Positions 50,095 through 64,000 of a stretch of DNA of 64,000 bases are shown here, piece after piece. Made by a program: the position numbers and the translations under genes. Numbering within the stretch: position 1 is the stretch's first letter; each line of letters opens with the position of its first letter. The stretch comes from Octopus vulgaris. Taxonomy: Eukaryota. Location: NCBI GenBank assembly GCA_951406725.2, contig OX597827.1, forward strand, positions 3,286,001-3,350,000, read 5' to 3'. Under the pieces are notes generated by a model. That model ran no database searches and was not told where the DNA came from. It saw only the letters and a program-made list of their open reading frames with translations.

Positions 50095-50306
50095 ACACAA
50101 AAGGCTTCCTTCAGTCTCCACCTACCACATTCATCCTCAGGGCTTTGGTCAGCCCAGGGCTATAGCAGAAGACACTTGCCCAAAGTACCACACAGTGGAA
50201 CTGAACCCAAAACCGCATGGTTGGGAAGCAAGCTTCTCAATCACACAGGGACATACGTATTTTAAACTTCCATTTAGAATTTGAATGTGTGTAAATATGT
50301 AGACAG

Positions 50307-50341
<35 letters not shown>

Positions 50342-50974
50342 TGTGTGTGTTGTGTAGATGTACGTTTGTATGTATCTGTCAGTGTGTGTGTGTGCCTTTG
50401 TATAAAAACGTATTAATGTGGTTGACCAATAGACATTTCGTATGAAATCTGACCATGAATTATCGTGAATGAGAGTAAGCTACTCAAGAGTTGCCTCCCT
50501 TACATTAGACATCGTAAACGGCAAGTTATGCTCTGCACACCCACATCTTTGAATAGGACTCATGTTTCTTTCTGCGGAGGCAATCACATCTTTTATCTTA
50601 TTCATTCTTTCCTTTGTTCTAGTCATTTGACTGTGACCATGCTACAGCACTGTCTTCAAGGGCTTTAGGCGAATAAATTGACCTCAAGCACTTAATCCCT
50701 TTTACTGAAACACTAAGTTACAGGGACATACACAAACCAACACCGGTTATCAAATAAGGGTGAGGTAAAACAAATACATTTATTACACATACACATACAC
50801 ACATGAATATGGCAAGCTTCCATACAGTTTCCACTTATTAAAATTCACTCAAATAGTATTGGTCAGCCTAGAGTTATAGCAGAAAACACTTGCTCAAGGT
50901 GCTGCACGGTCGGATTGAACCCAAAACCACAGGTATGCAAAGCGAGCTTATAAACTACATAGCTATGTCTGTGC

Positions 50975-51194
50975 CTATTTTTACCCTTTTTTTCTCTAAT
51001 TTTTACTGGGGCACCACTTCTCAGAGTTGCAGTCAATCTGAAATTTGAAGGAAGAATTTAGTTAATTAAATTGGCCCCAGCATTTTACTGGTACTTAATA
51101 TAATCATAGGTATAAGACTAAGAATGTTGGGGGTGGGATTTTAGTCAGTTACATTAATCCTTGTTCTTGACTGGTCCTTTATTTTATTGAGTTT
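50975..51194 (+). repeat. Arm 1 of a ~220-bp long-range inverted duplication (arm 2 at 54775-54993)
   Basis: CTATTTTTACCCTTTT...GGTCCTTTATTTTATTGAGTTT vs AAACTCAATAAAATAAAAGGACC...AAGGGTAAAAATAG; only a few differences by eye. Confidence 0.9.
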
Positions 51195-51479
51195 GAAAGG
51201 GTGAAAGGCAAAATTTATCTCAGTGGGATTTGAACTCAGAGAGTGCCAATTCATATATCATAAAGTATTTTGCCCAACTCTCTAACCAGTTTCCTAATCC
51301 AAACTTAATAATCATCATCACTATCATCAACATCTAACGTCCATTCTCTGTGCCAGGCATGAGTTGGACGGCTTGACTGGAACTGGCAAAGTTTGATGCC
51401 ATGCTAGGCACCAGACATATGTCTTGGCTTGGTTTCTATATTTGGATGCCCTTCCTAACACCAACCACTATACTTGTAA

Positions 51480-51709
51480 TAATAATAATAATCCTTTCAG
51501 CTATATGCACAAGGCCTGGAATTTTGGGGTTAGGGTCTAAGTCAGTTATATCGACTGCAGTATTTCACTGGTACTTATTTTATCTACCCCGAAAGGATGA
51601 AAAGCAAAGTCGACTCTAGCGGAATTTGAACTCAGAACATAGCCATTGCAAAATAACGCAAAGCATTTAATCCAGCGTGCTTAACGATTCTGCCAGCTTG
51701 CTGCCTTCA

Positions 51710-51753
<44 letters not shown>

Positions 51754-52812
51754 CGTTTCTAATGGAGGAACAAGGCCTCAAATATTTGGGGTGGATTACA
51801 TTGACCCCAGTATTTCACTGGTACTTAATTTATCAACCCCAAAAGGATGAAAGGTAAAGTCAACCTCAGCGAACCTCAGAACCTAGCAACGGGTGAAATA
51901 CCACTAAGCATTTCATCCAGCATGTTAACGATTCTGCCAGCTTGCCACCTTAATAATAATAATAATAATAATAGTAATAATAACCTTTCTATTATAAGCA
52001 CAAAGCCTGAAATTTTTGGTGGGAGGGAGCGAATCAATTACATCAACCCCAGTATTTCGCTGGTACTTAATTTATCACCCCCGAAAGGATGAAAGGCAGA
52101 GTCACCCTTGGGAGAATTTGAACCCAGAATGTGAAGACAGATGAAATACCTATTTCTTTACTGCCCACAAGGGGCTAGAACACAGAGGAGACAAACAAGG
52201 AGAGACAAACGGATTAGGTCGCTTATATCGACCCCAGTGCGTAACTGGTACTTATTTAATCAACCTTGAAAGGATGAAAGGCAAAGTTGACCTCGGTGGA
52301 ATTTGAACTCAGAATGTAGCGGTAGACGAAATACCACTAAGCATTTCACCCGGCATGCTAGCGTTTCAAATTTTGGCACAAAGCCAGTAGTTTTCAAGGA
52401 AAGGGTCAAGTTAATTAAATCAACCCTAGTCTTTGACTGATACTTAATTTAATTCACCCTGAAAGGATGACAAGCAACATTGACCTTGTGGAATTTGAAC
52501 TCAGGATGTAAAGATGGACAAAATGCCACCAAATAATTTTTGTCTGGTGTGCTAATGATTCTGCTAGCTAACCACAATAATAAGGAGGAGGAGGAGGATT
52601 TCAAATTTTGGCACAAGGCCAGTAACTTCGGGTGGTGGTGGTGTAAATTGATTACATCAACCCCAGTACTCAACTGGTACTTATTTTATTGAAACCTGAA
52701 AGGATGAAAGGTCAAGTCGACCTCTGCAGAATTTGAGCTCAGAACATAGAGACGGATAAAATGCCACCTAGCATTTTGCCTGGTGTGCTAACAATTCTGT
52801 CAGCTCACCACC

Positions 52813-52857
<45 letters not shown>

Positions 52858-52858
52858 G
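51480..52858 (-). mobile_element. Tandem pile-up of ~6-7 same-orientation SINE B copies separated by (AAT)n; a similar pile-up lies at 37240-37785
   Basis: Recurrent CTGGTACTTATTT..AAAGGATGAAAGGCAAAGTCGACC..GAATTTGAACTCAGAA. Confidence 0.88.
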
Positions 52859-54145
52859 AACTGGCAGTGACATAAAGGGTCATTATTACTTCTATAGGAT
52901 GTGATTTTCAGACATTGTTATCAGAGAACAGCAGAACTTTCAAAAAATGTTCAAAGAATGTAACTTGGAAACCAAACTTAGAAAGTATTCAACTTCTTAG
53001 TTAACAACTACAAAATGACTTGACTTAAATCATGGAGAAAGTTTGATAACAATGAACTTGAGAGAAAAAAAAACCTGAAAAAAAAGAACAAAATATAACT
53101 TTACACTATTAAGCTTCTGCTTTTGTTTTTATTTGTTTTAGAAAAAAATAAAAGCCTGGTTTGTCTCTCAAGCCAAATGTTGCTTTTTGTGAAAAGAAGA
53201 CAAACTTTTATCTTTCCAAAACTCAGTTGAGATTTGAAACTTTACAAAAAATCTAAGTATAATAGCACTAGTTTCCAATTTTAACTACTTTGATGGTCTT
53301 TTGATTATTGTTTTCCTGGTAATACACATAATTCTGTTAAGAACTTAATTTGATTCAATTATTATTAATAGTTTAATTTTGGTTTTAAGGCAGCGAGCTG
53401 GTAGAATCGTTAGTACACCAGTAAAAATTGTTCAACAGATTTTTGTCCGTCTTTTCATGTCTGAGTTCAAATCCTGCTCAAATCAACTTTGCCTTTCATC
53501 CTTTTGTAGAGTTTAAAAGTAGCTGGAACTCTGGGCGTATCAAATTTCCTTATCTCCACTGTCTTTTGCTTCCATCCTTTATATTCTCTCACCATGGATG
53601 ATATACACTTATTTTTTATACTAGAATTTTCAGTTCACTTCATCCCTGCTTGGAACCAGGTATGGGTTGGGGACAGGAAGGGCATCTGGTCGTAGAAAAT
53701 CTGCCACAATAAACTGTCCAATCCATGCAATTATAGACAAATGGATATTAAATTGAAGTTGATGATTTAACATTTGTAACACGAACATCCAAACCCCTAT
53801 GCCATGCAACTTCACAGAACCATCATATTAAGGTCTGTACATTAACAATAGTCTCTCCCCCATAAATTCTTTGGCTTTGTGATAAAGTATAAGAAATTAT
53901 TAGCTTTGTTCACATAGGAGACAAAGAGAGTGATATAAAGTTAACTGAACCAATTGTGGTATATAACTGGTACTTAATCTATTGATCCTTTGGAAAGATT
54001 ACAACACATTTTGTCCAATATGGAATTGATCCATCAAAAATTGCTTAAACAACTCTGACACCTGAGGTGACAACCCTAAGGTGTAGTACTTGCTGAGTTG
54101 TGATGGCTTACATGCATTTATTACCCTGAGATCTATGTCAGTGAA

Positions 54146-54377
54146 AGGTGGAGAGCTGGCAGAAATGTTAGCACGTCGGGCAAAATGTTTAGCGGTATTT
54201 TGTCTGCCGTTACGTTGTGAGTTCAAATTCCGCTGAGGTCAACTTTACCTTTCATCCTTTCGGGATCGATAAATTAAGTACCAGTTGTATACTGGGCTCG
54301 ATGTAATCGACTTAATGCCTATGTCTGTCCTTGTTTGTCCCCTCTATGTTTAGCCCCTTGTGGGTAATAAAGAAATA
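54146..54377 (+). mobile_element. SINE B with TSD
   Basis: AGATCTATGTCAG(T/C)GAA at ~54129 and ~54377. Confidence 0.88.
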
Positions 54378-55228
54378 GATCTATGTCAGCGAATCACAAG
54401 CTCCCGGTGGAGCCTCTCATGCTGGACTGGTCAAAGGAGAGCGGCAAAGCTATTATGGACCACCTCTTCCCAGAATTAAAAATAGGCTTAAGTAGGGCCA
54501 ACATGCCTATTTAGAAAGAAGCAAAGGTCAAGTAGCATAAATGGAAATTCAAAACAAACATGACCCGGGAGAGGAAGGTCTTGCCTCCGGGAAAAATATG
54601 ATGTGGTGTGACAAAATCCCAAAGGAAAAACTAGAAATCCGACTTAAGAGAAGTCATAAAAACGACCCAGAGTTGAGAACGGTCATCGTCAGCCAAGGTT
54701 CCAATAGGGAGTGAAGGGCTTAGATTGAAGAAGAAAGAACACCTATGGTGAGCTTATATCTCACAACTGTTTATAAACTCAATAAAATAAAGGACCAGTC
54801 AAGAACGAGGATTGATGTAACTGACTAAAATCCCACCCCAACATTCTTAGTCTTATACCTATAATTATATTAAGTACCAGTAAAATGCTGGGGGCCAATT
54901 TAATTAACTAAATTCTTCCTTCAAATTTCAGATTGACTGCAACTCTGAGAAGTGGTGCCCCAGTAGAAATTAGAAAAAAAAGGGTAAAAATAGCCCAAGC
55001 CAACAACAACAAAAATAAGGTATAAAATGTTTATAAAATAATTGTAGCAAAATATTAAATCTAGTAAATTATTCTTTTAGCTATTTTATGTGTTCTCATA
55101 TTTTATTTAAATTTAAATTAATAAATGGAAAAAAAAAGAGTATGTATGAGGGGGAGGGTAAAGGGGGGAAATGATGGAAACACAAAAGAGTTGAGTAACT
55201 ACAAAGATATTGATGTAAAATGAAAGAT

Positions 55229-55618
<390 letters not shown>

Positions 55619-55732
55619 AGGAAGGGAACCGCACCAAAGTGAGGTAGACAAACAGATAAATAGGAGTAGTTTAGCTGAATGCAACTCCAGTCAAACATCA
55701 AGGCCCGTAACTCTGCTTAGCTCGTTCCTCAC

Positions 55733-55773
55733 CGACCAGTTGTGGAGATTAAGACAGGCAGATATGGAATTAT
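55733..55773 (-). other. Candidate 41-nt exon (frame 0 reads IIPYLPVLISTTG)
   Basis: Acceptor gtattttcgttgcacAG and donor CG|GTGAGG, in a unique, CpG-retaining island between microsatellites. Confidence 0.35.
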
Positions 55774-55941
55774 CTGTGCAACGAAAATACATCCTCAATA
55801 CTTTAAGTCCATAGGATCCTGTGGTACAAAATATGATAGATGCGTGTGTGTGTGTGTCTGTGTGTGCGTGCGGTTGTGTGTGTATGTGTCAACATTTATT
55901 AAATCTTAACTCCTGTTTGTGTTATTTTATATATATGAGTG

Positions 55942-55978
<37 letters not shown>

Positions 55979-56777
55979 ATGCACACACACAAACAGTAAT
56001 AGACAGTCGGGATTGAAGAAACCCAGGCAAATATCTCAGCATCCCTAAAAAAAATTATGTTTAACAGGAAGTCAAGGGAAGAAGATGGAAACCCATTTAG
56101 GTTAAATCCACAGAGATTTCTATGTATTTTTATGCATATGTATATTCTCTTTTACTCTTTTACTTGTTTCAGTCATTTGACTGCAACCATGCTGGAGCAC
56201 CGCCTTTAGTTGAGCCTTTAGTTGAGCAAATCGACCCCCAGGACTTATTCTTTGTAAGCCTAGTACTTAATCTATCGGTCTATTTTGCCGAACCGCTAAG
56301 TTACGGAGGACATAAACACACCAGCATCGGTTGTCAAGCAATGCTAGGGGGACAAACACAGACACACACACATACATATATATATACATATATGCGACGG
56401 ACTTCTTTCAGTTTCCGTCTTCCAAATCCACTCACAAGGCATTGGTCGGCCCGAGGCTATAGTAAAAGACACTTGCCCAAGGTACCACGCAGTGGGACTG
56501 AACCCAGAACCATGTGGTTGGTAAGCAAGCTACTTACCACACAGCCACTCCTGTGCCTTGTAAATGTCACATATCTAGATGTGTGTATAGACACATGTGT
56601 ACACATATATGCAAATATATATGTATAGCGCAGTCGTGACTGTGTGGTAAGAAGCTTGCTTCCCAACCACATGGTTCCGGGTTCAGTTCCACTGCATGGG
56701 CAAATATCTTCTACTATAGCTTCAGGCCAACCAAAGCCTTGAGAGTGGATTTGGTTGACAGAAAGTGGAAGAAGCCC

Positions 56778-56827
<50 letters not shown>

Positions 56828-57176
56828 TGTATTTGTCCCCCACCATCACTTGGCAACATGTGTTGATGTGTTTATATCTCTGTAACTTAGCAGTTTATCT
56901 GTAGAGACTGATAGAATAAGTACCAGTTTTAGCAAAAACAAAAAAGAATATATACTGGGGTTGATTCAGTCAACTAAAAATTCCTGAAGGTGCCCCAGCA
57001 TGGCCGCAGTCTAATGACTGAAACAAGTAAAGGATAAGAGATAAAGATATGTATAGGCACAGGAGTGGCTGTGTGGTAAGAAGCTTACTTCCCAACCACA
57101 GAGTTCCGGGTTCAGTCCCATTGCATGGCACCTTGGGCAAGTGTCTCCTACTAACAGAAACTGAAAGAAGCCCATC

Positions 57177-57210
<34 letters not shown>

Positions 57211-58599
57211 ATTTGTCCCCCCACCATTGCTTAACAACCAATGTTGGTATGTTTACATCCCCGTAATTTAGTGGTTTGGCAAAAGAGACCAATAGAATAA
57301 GTAGTAGGCTTACAAAGAATAAGTCCTAGCATCAAATTGTTTGTCTAAAGGCAGTGCTCCAGCATGGCTGCAGTCAAATGACTGAAACAAGTAAAAGAAA
57401 AGACAATATCTATGTATCTATCTATATATCTATCTATCTATCTATTTATCTATACACACACACATACACACACACATATACACACATGCATGCATACTCA
57501 TACACATGCACTCACATGATGGGGTTTTTTTTCAATTTCCATCTATGAAATCCCCTCACAATGCCAGCTATTTCAGGGAGGGGCTAATTCTGATTACATC
57601 AACACCAGTGTTTAACTTGCACTTATTTTATCGATCCTGGAGGAACGAATGGCAAAGTCAACTTTGACAGCATTTGAACTCAGAATGGAAAGGAATATGA
57701 AACTATGAAACTAAGCAAATTTGCTTGGCATGCTAACAATTCTGCCAGCTTGCTGCCTTACAGAGGGAAAAAATATTAAGATTATGTGATTTCAAGGCTC
57801 CAGTTTTTTTATTCCCACCAATTCTAAGAATTATGACATGGGTAGCTGTAGCATACTCAGCTACTTAAACTAAATTTATAGATTGGGGTAAATCTGTTGA
57901 TTTAACAATTGAAATATTAATTTGGATTAACAGAAATATATACTGTGGTTAACGTGGAGGTGCAATGGCCCAGTGGTTAGGGCAGTGGACTCATGGTTGT
58001 AGGATCGCAGTTTCGATTCCCAGACCGGGTGTTGTGAGTGTTTATTGAGCGCAAACACTTAAAGCTCCACGAGGCTCTGGCAGGGTGGTGGTGCTGGTAA
58101 ACCCTGCTGTACTCTTTCACACAACTTTCTTTCAATCTTTCTTCCTGTTTCTGTTGTACCTGTATTTCAAAGGGCCAGTCTTTGTGTCACACTGAATCTC
58201 CCCCGAGAACTATGTTAAGGGTACACATGTCTGTGGAGTGCTCAGCCACTTGCACATTAATTTCACTAGCAGGCTGTTCTGGTGATCGGATCAACTGGAA
58301 ACCTGCTCGTTTTAACCGATGGAGTACCACGACTGTGGTTAGCACTATATAAAAGTAATTATATACATGTGTGTGTGTGTGTGTGTGTGTGTACATACAG
58401 AACGTGCCTGGTATTTGGGAATAAATTTTATCAAGCCGTCAATGGAAGCCTACATAATATTATGTAACCAAATTTACGCAACCAATACATGCAATACAAT
58501 TTAACTTTCTCATTTTTCTTTCAGGCCCATCGATTGCATCTTCCTGTGTCAGATTACAATCTGACTCAGGAAAGGAAAATAAATGACTGCAGCTACCAA

Positions 58600-59080
58600 G
58601 CACAGCAATTCAATGAGTACCACCCTCTGGAACATGGCTAGTTCCTTCATGTCCTGTGCCAAGGAAGGGGTGGTGACCTTTGGTAGAAATTTGTTATCTA
58701 TTACCAAAGGAAAGAAACAATCTCAGCAATTGGAAGTCATCAGACGAGTTGAGTTTGACCAGCAAGTCCATCCAAAATATCATCAATCCCAGCAGACATG
58801 ATAAGGAGCCCAGCAAAACGTTTAGAGCCGTGTAATCATGGGGCCACCAATATCATGGAGCCTTTCAGCATCTCTGATGCAAAAACCCCTTGACTACTCT
58901 ATCTAGAGTATCACTAGAGAGCAGGTAACAAACCAGAGGTCCCACAGTACCAAGGACACATTGGGAGCTGCTGTCATGAATTTCATAGTGGTATAGGCAG
59001 AGATCTCCTGATTCTGGCATGCAATCATTTCTGTGGTCACATAAGGGCTATCATTAGGATTGAGGGCCATTTTCTTAAAT
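58600..59080 (+). mobile_element. Highly decayed Tc1/mariner-superfamily transposase C-terminus
   Basis: ...KPLDYSI*SITREQV...HSTKDTLGAAV... resembles NPLDYSIW...HNTKDSLKAAI. Confidence 0.55.
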
Positions 59081-59999
59081 TACCTGTTTTTTATTTTGAT
59101 GCATCTGGTTAAATATGTCTACAATTTTTCAGGTACCATTTTACTTTTTATTGTTTAGTGTCTTTGTTTCCCTTATGTTTTGCATTGTTTCCATTTGCCT
59201 ATCACACCTTGCTATATACACTTGCTGTGCCAGGCATTTGTGACCAGAAACTGAGCTGGCTATAACTCTATATAACTAAACAATATTATGAAGCAATGTG
59301 CCAAATGTGAACTTCCACATTTCCCTTTCAGCAGTTTTGGCACCGAACATGACTGACTCCCATCTGACACAAAAAAACTAAGACATGTTCATGGTTTTAA
59401 CTGCCATCTTTAGTGACTCACAGATCAGTGGCTTTTGTACTTTTTAGTACATAGCCAGGTCCTTCATACTGAGAATCCTAAAAGTGCGGGAGGTCTCAGT
59501 CAGGAATGGGTCACCTGCAGTCAAGAGAAAACAACATTTTCCTAGAGAAAAAAAAAATCATTCATCCACCATGTATAGGATATCATCAACAATGTCCCTA
59601 GTAAATTAATGAGGGCTGTCAATAAGCAGCTCAAGAAGAAGAAGAAGAAGAGGAGGAGTCTCCTATCAGACATGTAATGCAAAAGAGAATCCAATCTATG
59701 TCCAACAGAACAGTGTGATGTAGTCAAAGCACTTACTCAAGAAGTTTGAGCATCCTAAGATACCAGTCGTTCACTTGGGTAAGTTTGTAATAGCATTCTC
59801 TGAGAAAACATGTTTCAGGAGCTGGAAATATGTTAAGCATTAGAGAAAGAAACCCATCTGTTTCTCACAAGAAAATACATCTAAAGCCAAGTTTTTTCAT
59901 TGGCCCCTAAAATACTACCATGGACACCCAATTTTCTGTTTTCACCCCTCCCTGCCCCAGAGTTCATGTGGACTCCAGTTTGGAACCTCTAATCTAGAT

Positions 60000-60455
60000 G
60001 AAGGAGTTGACCCGAGAGATACTGTACATACTTCAGTTGAATTCTGCTCTCTCTCCCACACGGTTCTCATCATCCAGGAATAATTCACAATTATCATCAT
60101 CATCGTTTAACGTCCGTTTTCCATGCTAGCATGGGTTGGACAGTTCGACCGGGCTCTGGGAAGCCTACAGCCAGATCAGACTGGAGTCTGGTGCAGCCTC
60201 CTGGCTTCACAGGCCTCGACACCAAAATCCAAAATGTAGCCTCCTAGCCCTCTGGACTTGAACTGCCTCGACTATGTTAGAGGCATCACCAAAAGGAAAA
60301 TCAACTGACAGCCCCACTGAACCAAGGACACACAGAAGGCTGTTAGCTTGGGTGAGATGGAGAACATGAATGAGAACCACTTCATCACAGCATACAGCCA
60401 CTTCTATACACACATCATGGACCATTATTGAGGTTGAAGGTGGTGTTATTGACTA
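60000..60455 (+). mobile_element. Decayed Tc1/mariner-superfamily transposase C-terminus, interrupted by a family D insertion (60092-60207)
   Basis: YILQLNSALSP (FQQDSAPSH-like) ... M*PPSPLDLNCLDYVRGITKRKIN*QPH*TKDTQKAV...IIEVEGGVID* (WPPSSPDLNPLDY motif). Confidence 0.75.
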
Positions 60456-60677
60456 ATCAACTTCTTTGTTGAACATGTTCACTATTTTTTTAAACATATT
60501 GTTCTATTTAATAATAGTTTCTCCTAGTATTTTATTTTTACTACTCAACTACCCAGTGCTCATTATGTGTGTGTGCATGCGTACATACATACATGTGTGT
60601 GTAGCCATCTATGAGTCAAATTTAATGTACATGCATCACTGAAAAGAATGTTACGGCAGTGGGACAATCTTCCTTAC

Positions 60678-60927
60678 CCTCTGATATATATTGTTTTTAA
60701 AGCTAGCTTGTCCATAAGAAATGTTATCTCTGGATGAATACTGCAGAAAATTTGCCTTTCAAAGATGTATTTGCATCAAATATGACACTTATGTGGTTAT
60801 TCCAATCCAATACCACTTCAACATTCAAACACAGTGTGAATCAGAGGAAATGAAATAAATTTAAACATTGCAAGGTTTCTGTATTAGCGAAATAGAAATC
60901 TAAGCCTACTCTTATGATATGGATAAG
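60678..60927 (-). other. Candidate 250-nt non-coding exon
   Basis: Strong acceptor ttcttgctttgttttcAG and donor GG|GTAAGG; stops in all three frames. Confidence 0.3.
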
Positions 60928-61974
60928 CTGAAAACAAAGCAAGAAATCTCCTGATAATTTTTTATAAAACGTTTGGCGACTATTCCTCAGGGATGGACAT
61001 ACCCAGTTTTCTATAACCCAACCTCTCCCACTAATCAAGAGCATAGAATGCACAGTTACTGCATAAAGCAAACAGATTAGACAAGCAACCTATATTTAAA
61101 TAAACAACTTTATATGTCATTAAATAAATGACTAATGAAGAATAATTAATTATGGTGAGTCCTTCTCTCTCTACTATGTTGTAATCTTTGGCTCATTATT
61201 GAAATGCATCTTCATTATGTCTTTTCTTTAAGTACTTCAATGGTTCATTGCACTGATGAACTTTTTGGCCTGCTACCTTCTGTCAAAACCTTTAAACATG
61301 TCACCTTCTCTTCCCAACTTCATCACTTCTTTGTTGAGTTCCCTATTAATCATAGGCCCTTTTGTTCTCATAGCCCCTTTTCTTGAACTGCTACTATCCA
61401 TCTTGTTTCTGTCTGGTCTATGATTTTCAGTCCTTTAAGTTTTCTTGCAACCGACATCATTTACATTTGTTGGTCGCCTTTCTTTACCCACTTTGTAGTC
61501 AGTAACACCAGGGGTAACACCAGGTACTAGTCTGTGATTCAGTGACTGCACTGAATCACAGACTAGTACTGAGCTACAGATCATTTGGTCCTGGTTCACA
61601 CAGAAAGAATAAATTCTTCCTTTTATTTCTACTTTTTAGACTATCACAATCTGCATGGTGTTTGCATTATATATGTGTTATATATGTAATAATTAAATTA
61701 TATATTATGGACTTTATTGTTTTTTGCATTACGAGGGGTGCCGAAAAGATCCTGGCTTTGGGTAGAAGAAAATACAAGAGGTACAGTTAATTTTAAGATT
61801 TTATTCAACATATTCCCCCTCTCAGACACACACACTTATTGCAGCAGTCCTTCAGTTTTTGTAAGCCCAGAAAAAGAACTTTGAGAGTTGGGCCTCCAAA
61901 CAGGCCCTTCACGAAACCATTAAACCCAGGAGCTTTTCAGCACCCCCCTCATATATGTGTATGTATATATGTAA

Positions 61975-62342
61975 CTAGCACTATGACCCAGCGTTGCCGG
62001 GTCATAGTGCTAATGCATGCATATACAGCTGCATGCGTGCACACATACACGTGGGTACTGTCCGAATCTCCAACCAATCACATACAGCTAGCTGGCATTC
62101 AATTGGTGTATCAAGTTTCGGGCATTTTGATTGGGTTTTGGATAGAAAATTCACAAAAAAGTCACTTCTATTGATCTTTTAATGGCTTTGTGGGGTGACT
62201 GGGGAAATGTAAAGATGTGCACGACCACCCTTGGACGCTTTTAAATGACCATAGAAAGTGCGAGCCCTCTAACTGAAAAATTGTGGATTTGCATAAAGGA
62301 TACACACACAGACAGACATTTTGCCGTTTATAGATATAGAGA
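61975..62342 (-). mobile_element. Non-autonomous Helitron copy 3
   Basis: Same sequence and termini as 32466-32829. Confidence 0.85.
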
Positions 62343-62896
62343 TAAGTATGCAATATCACGTGATCACGTGACCGACCAGACCATCAGATATTGTTACACA
62401 TCGATGGTCACAATGCGTTCGCATTGTTTTAGCCTTCGAATGACGCCACCCCGCTGGCTAAGCGAGCAGGCCAACAGAAGAAAGAGTGGGGGAAAGAGTG
62501 GTGAAAGAGTACAGCAGGGATCACCACCCCCTGCCGGAGCCTTGTGGAGCTTTTAGATGTTTTTGCTCAATAAACACACACAACGCCCGGTCTGGGAATC
62601 GAAACCACGATCCTGCGACCGCAAGTCCGCTGCCCTAACCACTAGGCCATTGCGCCTCCACATGTATGCAATATATAATAATTAAATGATTTGCAGCTTA
62701 TTGTGTTTTTTATGTGCATGATCCACCCAGTTCATGGAAAAATTGTTCTGCATGAAGCCGGTCTGTGGTAGAAAGAAGGCGTGTAACCACTGCCTAACAT
62801 TAAAGTAGCCCCAAGCCTTGTTTGGGACAAAATCATATACAAGAAAGAGAAAAAATATAAAATAGTAAAAAGAGACATAAATATTATGAAACTCAC

Positions 62897-63017
62897 CGTT
62901 TGTTGTGTGTCTGGTTTTTGAATGATTGAATTAAAAGGATGTGTGGTGCTGGTGTTGTCCAAAATGTCAATGATGCCATCGGTTAAGACTTCCAGAGAAT
63001 GCAGCTTGCAACTCCTC
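62897..63017 (-). other. Candidate 121-nt exon; one open frame RSCKLHSLEVLTDGIIDILDNTSTTHPFNSIIQKPDTQQT
   Basis: Acceptor ttttaaatttgtAG and donor CG|GTGAGT in unique sequence; no homology recognised. Confidence 0.4.
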
Positions 63018-63169
63018 CTACAAATTTAAAATTCATTGCAAATAGTTTGAAAATAATTATTGCTGATTGCAGCCTATAAATGAAACGATATTTTCCACAG
63101 TTATGAATGTATGATGTTGATAAATAAAGAGAGAAAAAAATTACACTTCCACATTAAAGATCAAAGTTG

Positions 63170-63383
63170 TGTGCGTGAGAGTGAGAGAGGGTGTGTGTGA
63201 GAGAGAGAGTGTGTGTGAAAGATAATGAGAGAGAGAGGAGAGAGAGAAAGTGAGGAGCACATGAGAGAGAGAGAGAGAGAATGCATATGAGACAGAGCGA
63301 GAGAGAACACATGAGAGTTTGTGTGTGAGAGAGAGAATGTAGAGAGAGAGACAGAGTGAGTGAGTGTGTGTGTATGAGAGACA

Positions 63384-63415
<32 letters not shown>

Positions 63416-63613
63416 GCGTGTGAATGAGAGAGTGTGAGAGAAAAGGTATGTGTGGGAGAGTGTGTATGTGTGTGTGAGAGAGAAAGTGAGAGTGTGTGAG
63501 AGAGAGAGAGACAGAATGAGTGAGTGTGTGTGTATGGGAGAGTGTGAGAGAAAGGGAATGTGTGGGAGAGTGTGTGTGTGAGAGAGAGAGAGTGCATGTG
63601 TGTGTGTGTGAGA
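63170..63613. repeat. Degenerate (GA)n/(GT)n low-complexity tract
   Basis: Directly visible. Confidence 0.95.
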
Positions 63614-64000
63614 GAAGTTATCACATAATTTTAAAAGGTTAATATTTACAAACTTTTATTCAACCAGCAATGGTGACATCTGGGTTCCACAAAGTAAAGA
63701 TGACCACTGAATCACCTTTATAGTTTTATGAATTTGTCTACATGACATGTTTGATGAACAAGGAAAGTACTGGTCAATAGAGGGTCAATTTAACTGGCTA
63801 ACTCCTCTCTTCCATTACAGGTCTTGAGTTTCTGTTAGAATCAGTTACATTGTATATGCATAAGCAATGGACTACTGTATCTTGGGAAGGTCATTATGCC
63901 AATAATAAACACATGCACAGGTTCTTTGTCACTTCTTTTATTATTCCTAGCCAATCAACACATTGACTGCCACGTGTACCACCAGTGTTTCATTGTAAAC

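Noticed and set aside
58500-58530. Strong plus-strand splice acceptor
   Set aside because: Lies at the edge of a decayed Tc1-like element and has no convincing open exon or donor

Overview
AT-rich, repeat-saturated eukaryotic DNA. The SINE families and the density of (TA)n/(CA)n/(GA)n/(AAT)n microsatellites suggest an octopus (cephalopod) genome; this is an inference. The window is almost entirely intronic or intergenic, and nearly all ORFs in the supplied track are microsatellite or SINE artefacts. Supportable content: at least three tRNA-derived SINE families, 3' remnants of RTE and probable Tx1/L1 LINEs, decayed mariner/Tc1 transposases, non-autonomous Helitrons, piggyBac-, mariner- and hAT-like MITEs, a decayed Penelope-like GIY-YIG fragment, and candidate exons of a minus-strand spliced transcript whose putative CDS starts near 416 and exits the left edge. 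The main finding is that at least four unrelated short non-coding elements carry minimal type I hammerhead ribozyme (HHR) motifs with palindromic stem III (11.7, 18.4, 21.1 and 33.6-34.6 kb). Most form head-to-head inverted insertions, often in (TA)n tracts. One HHR lies in a 350-nt terminally redundant retrozyme-like unit, and one lies downstream of a tRNA-derived Pol III head, making it a candidate Penelope-dependent 'ribozyme SINE'. Most of these copies carry core or stem mismatches and may be inactive.
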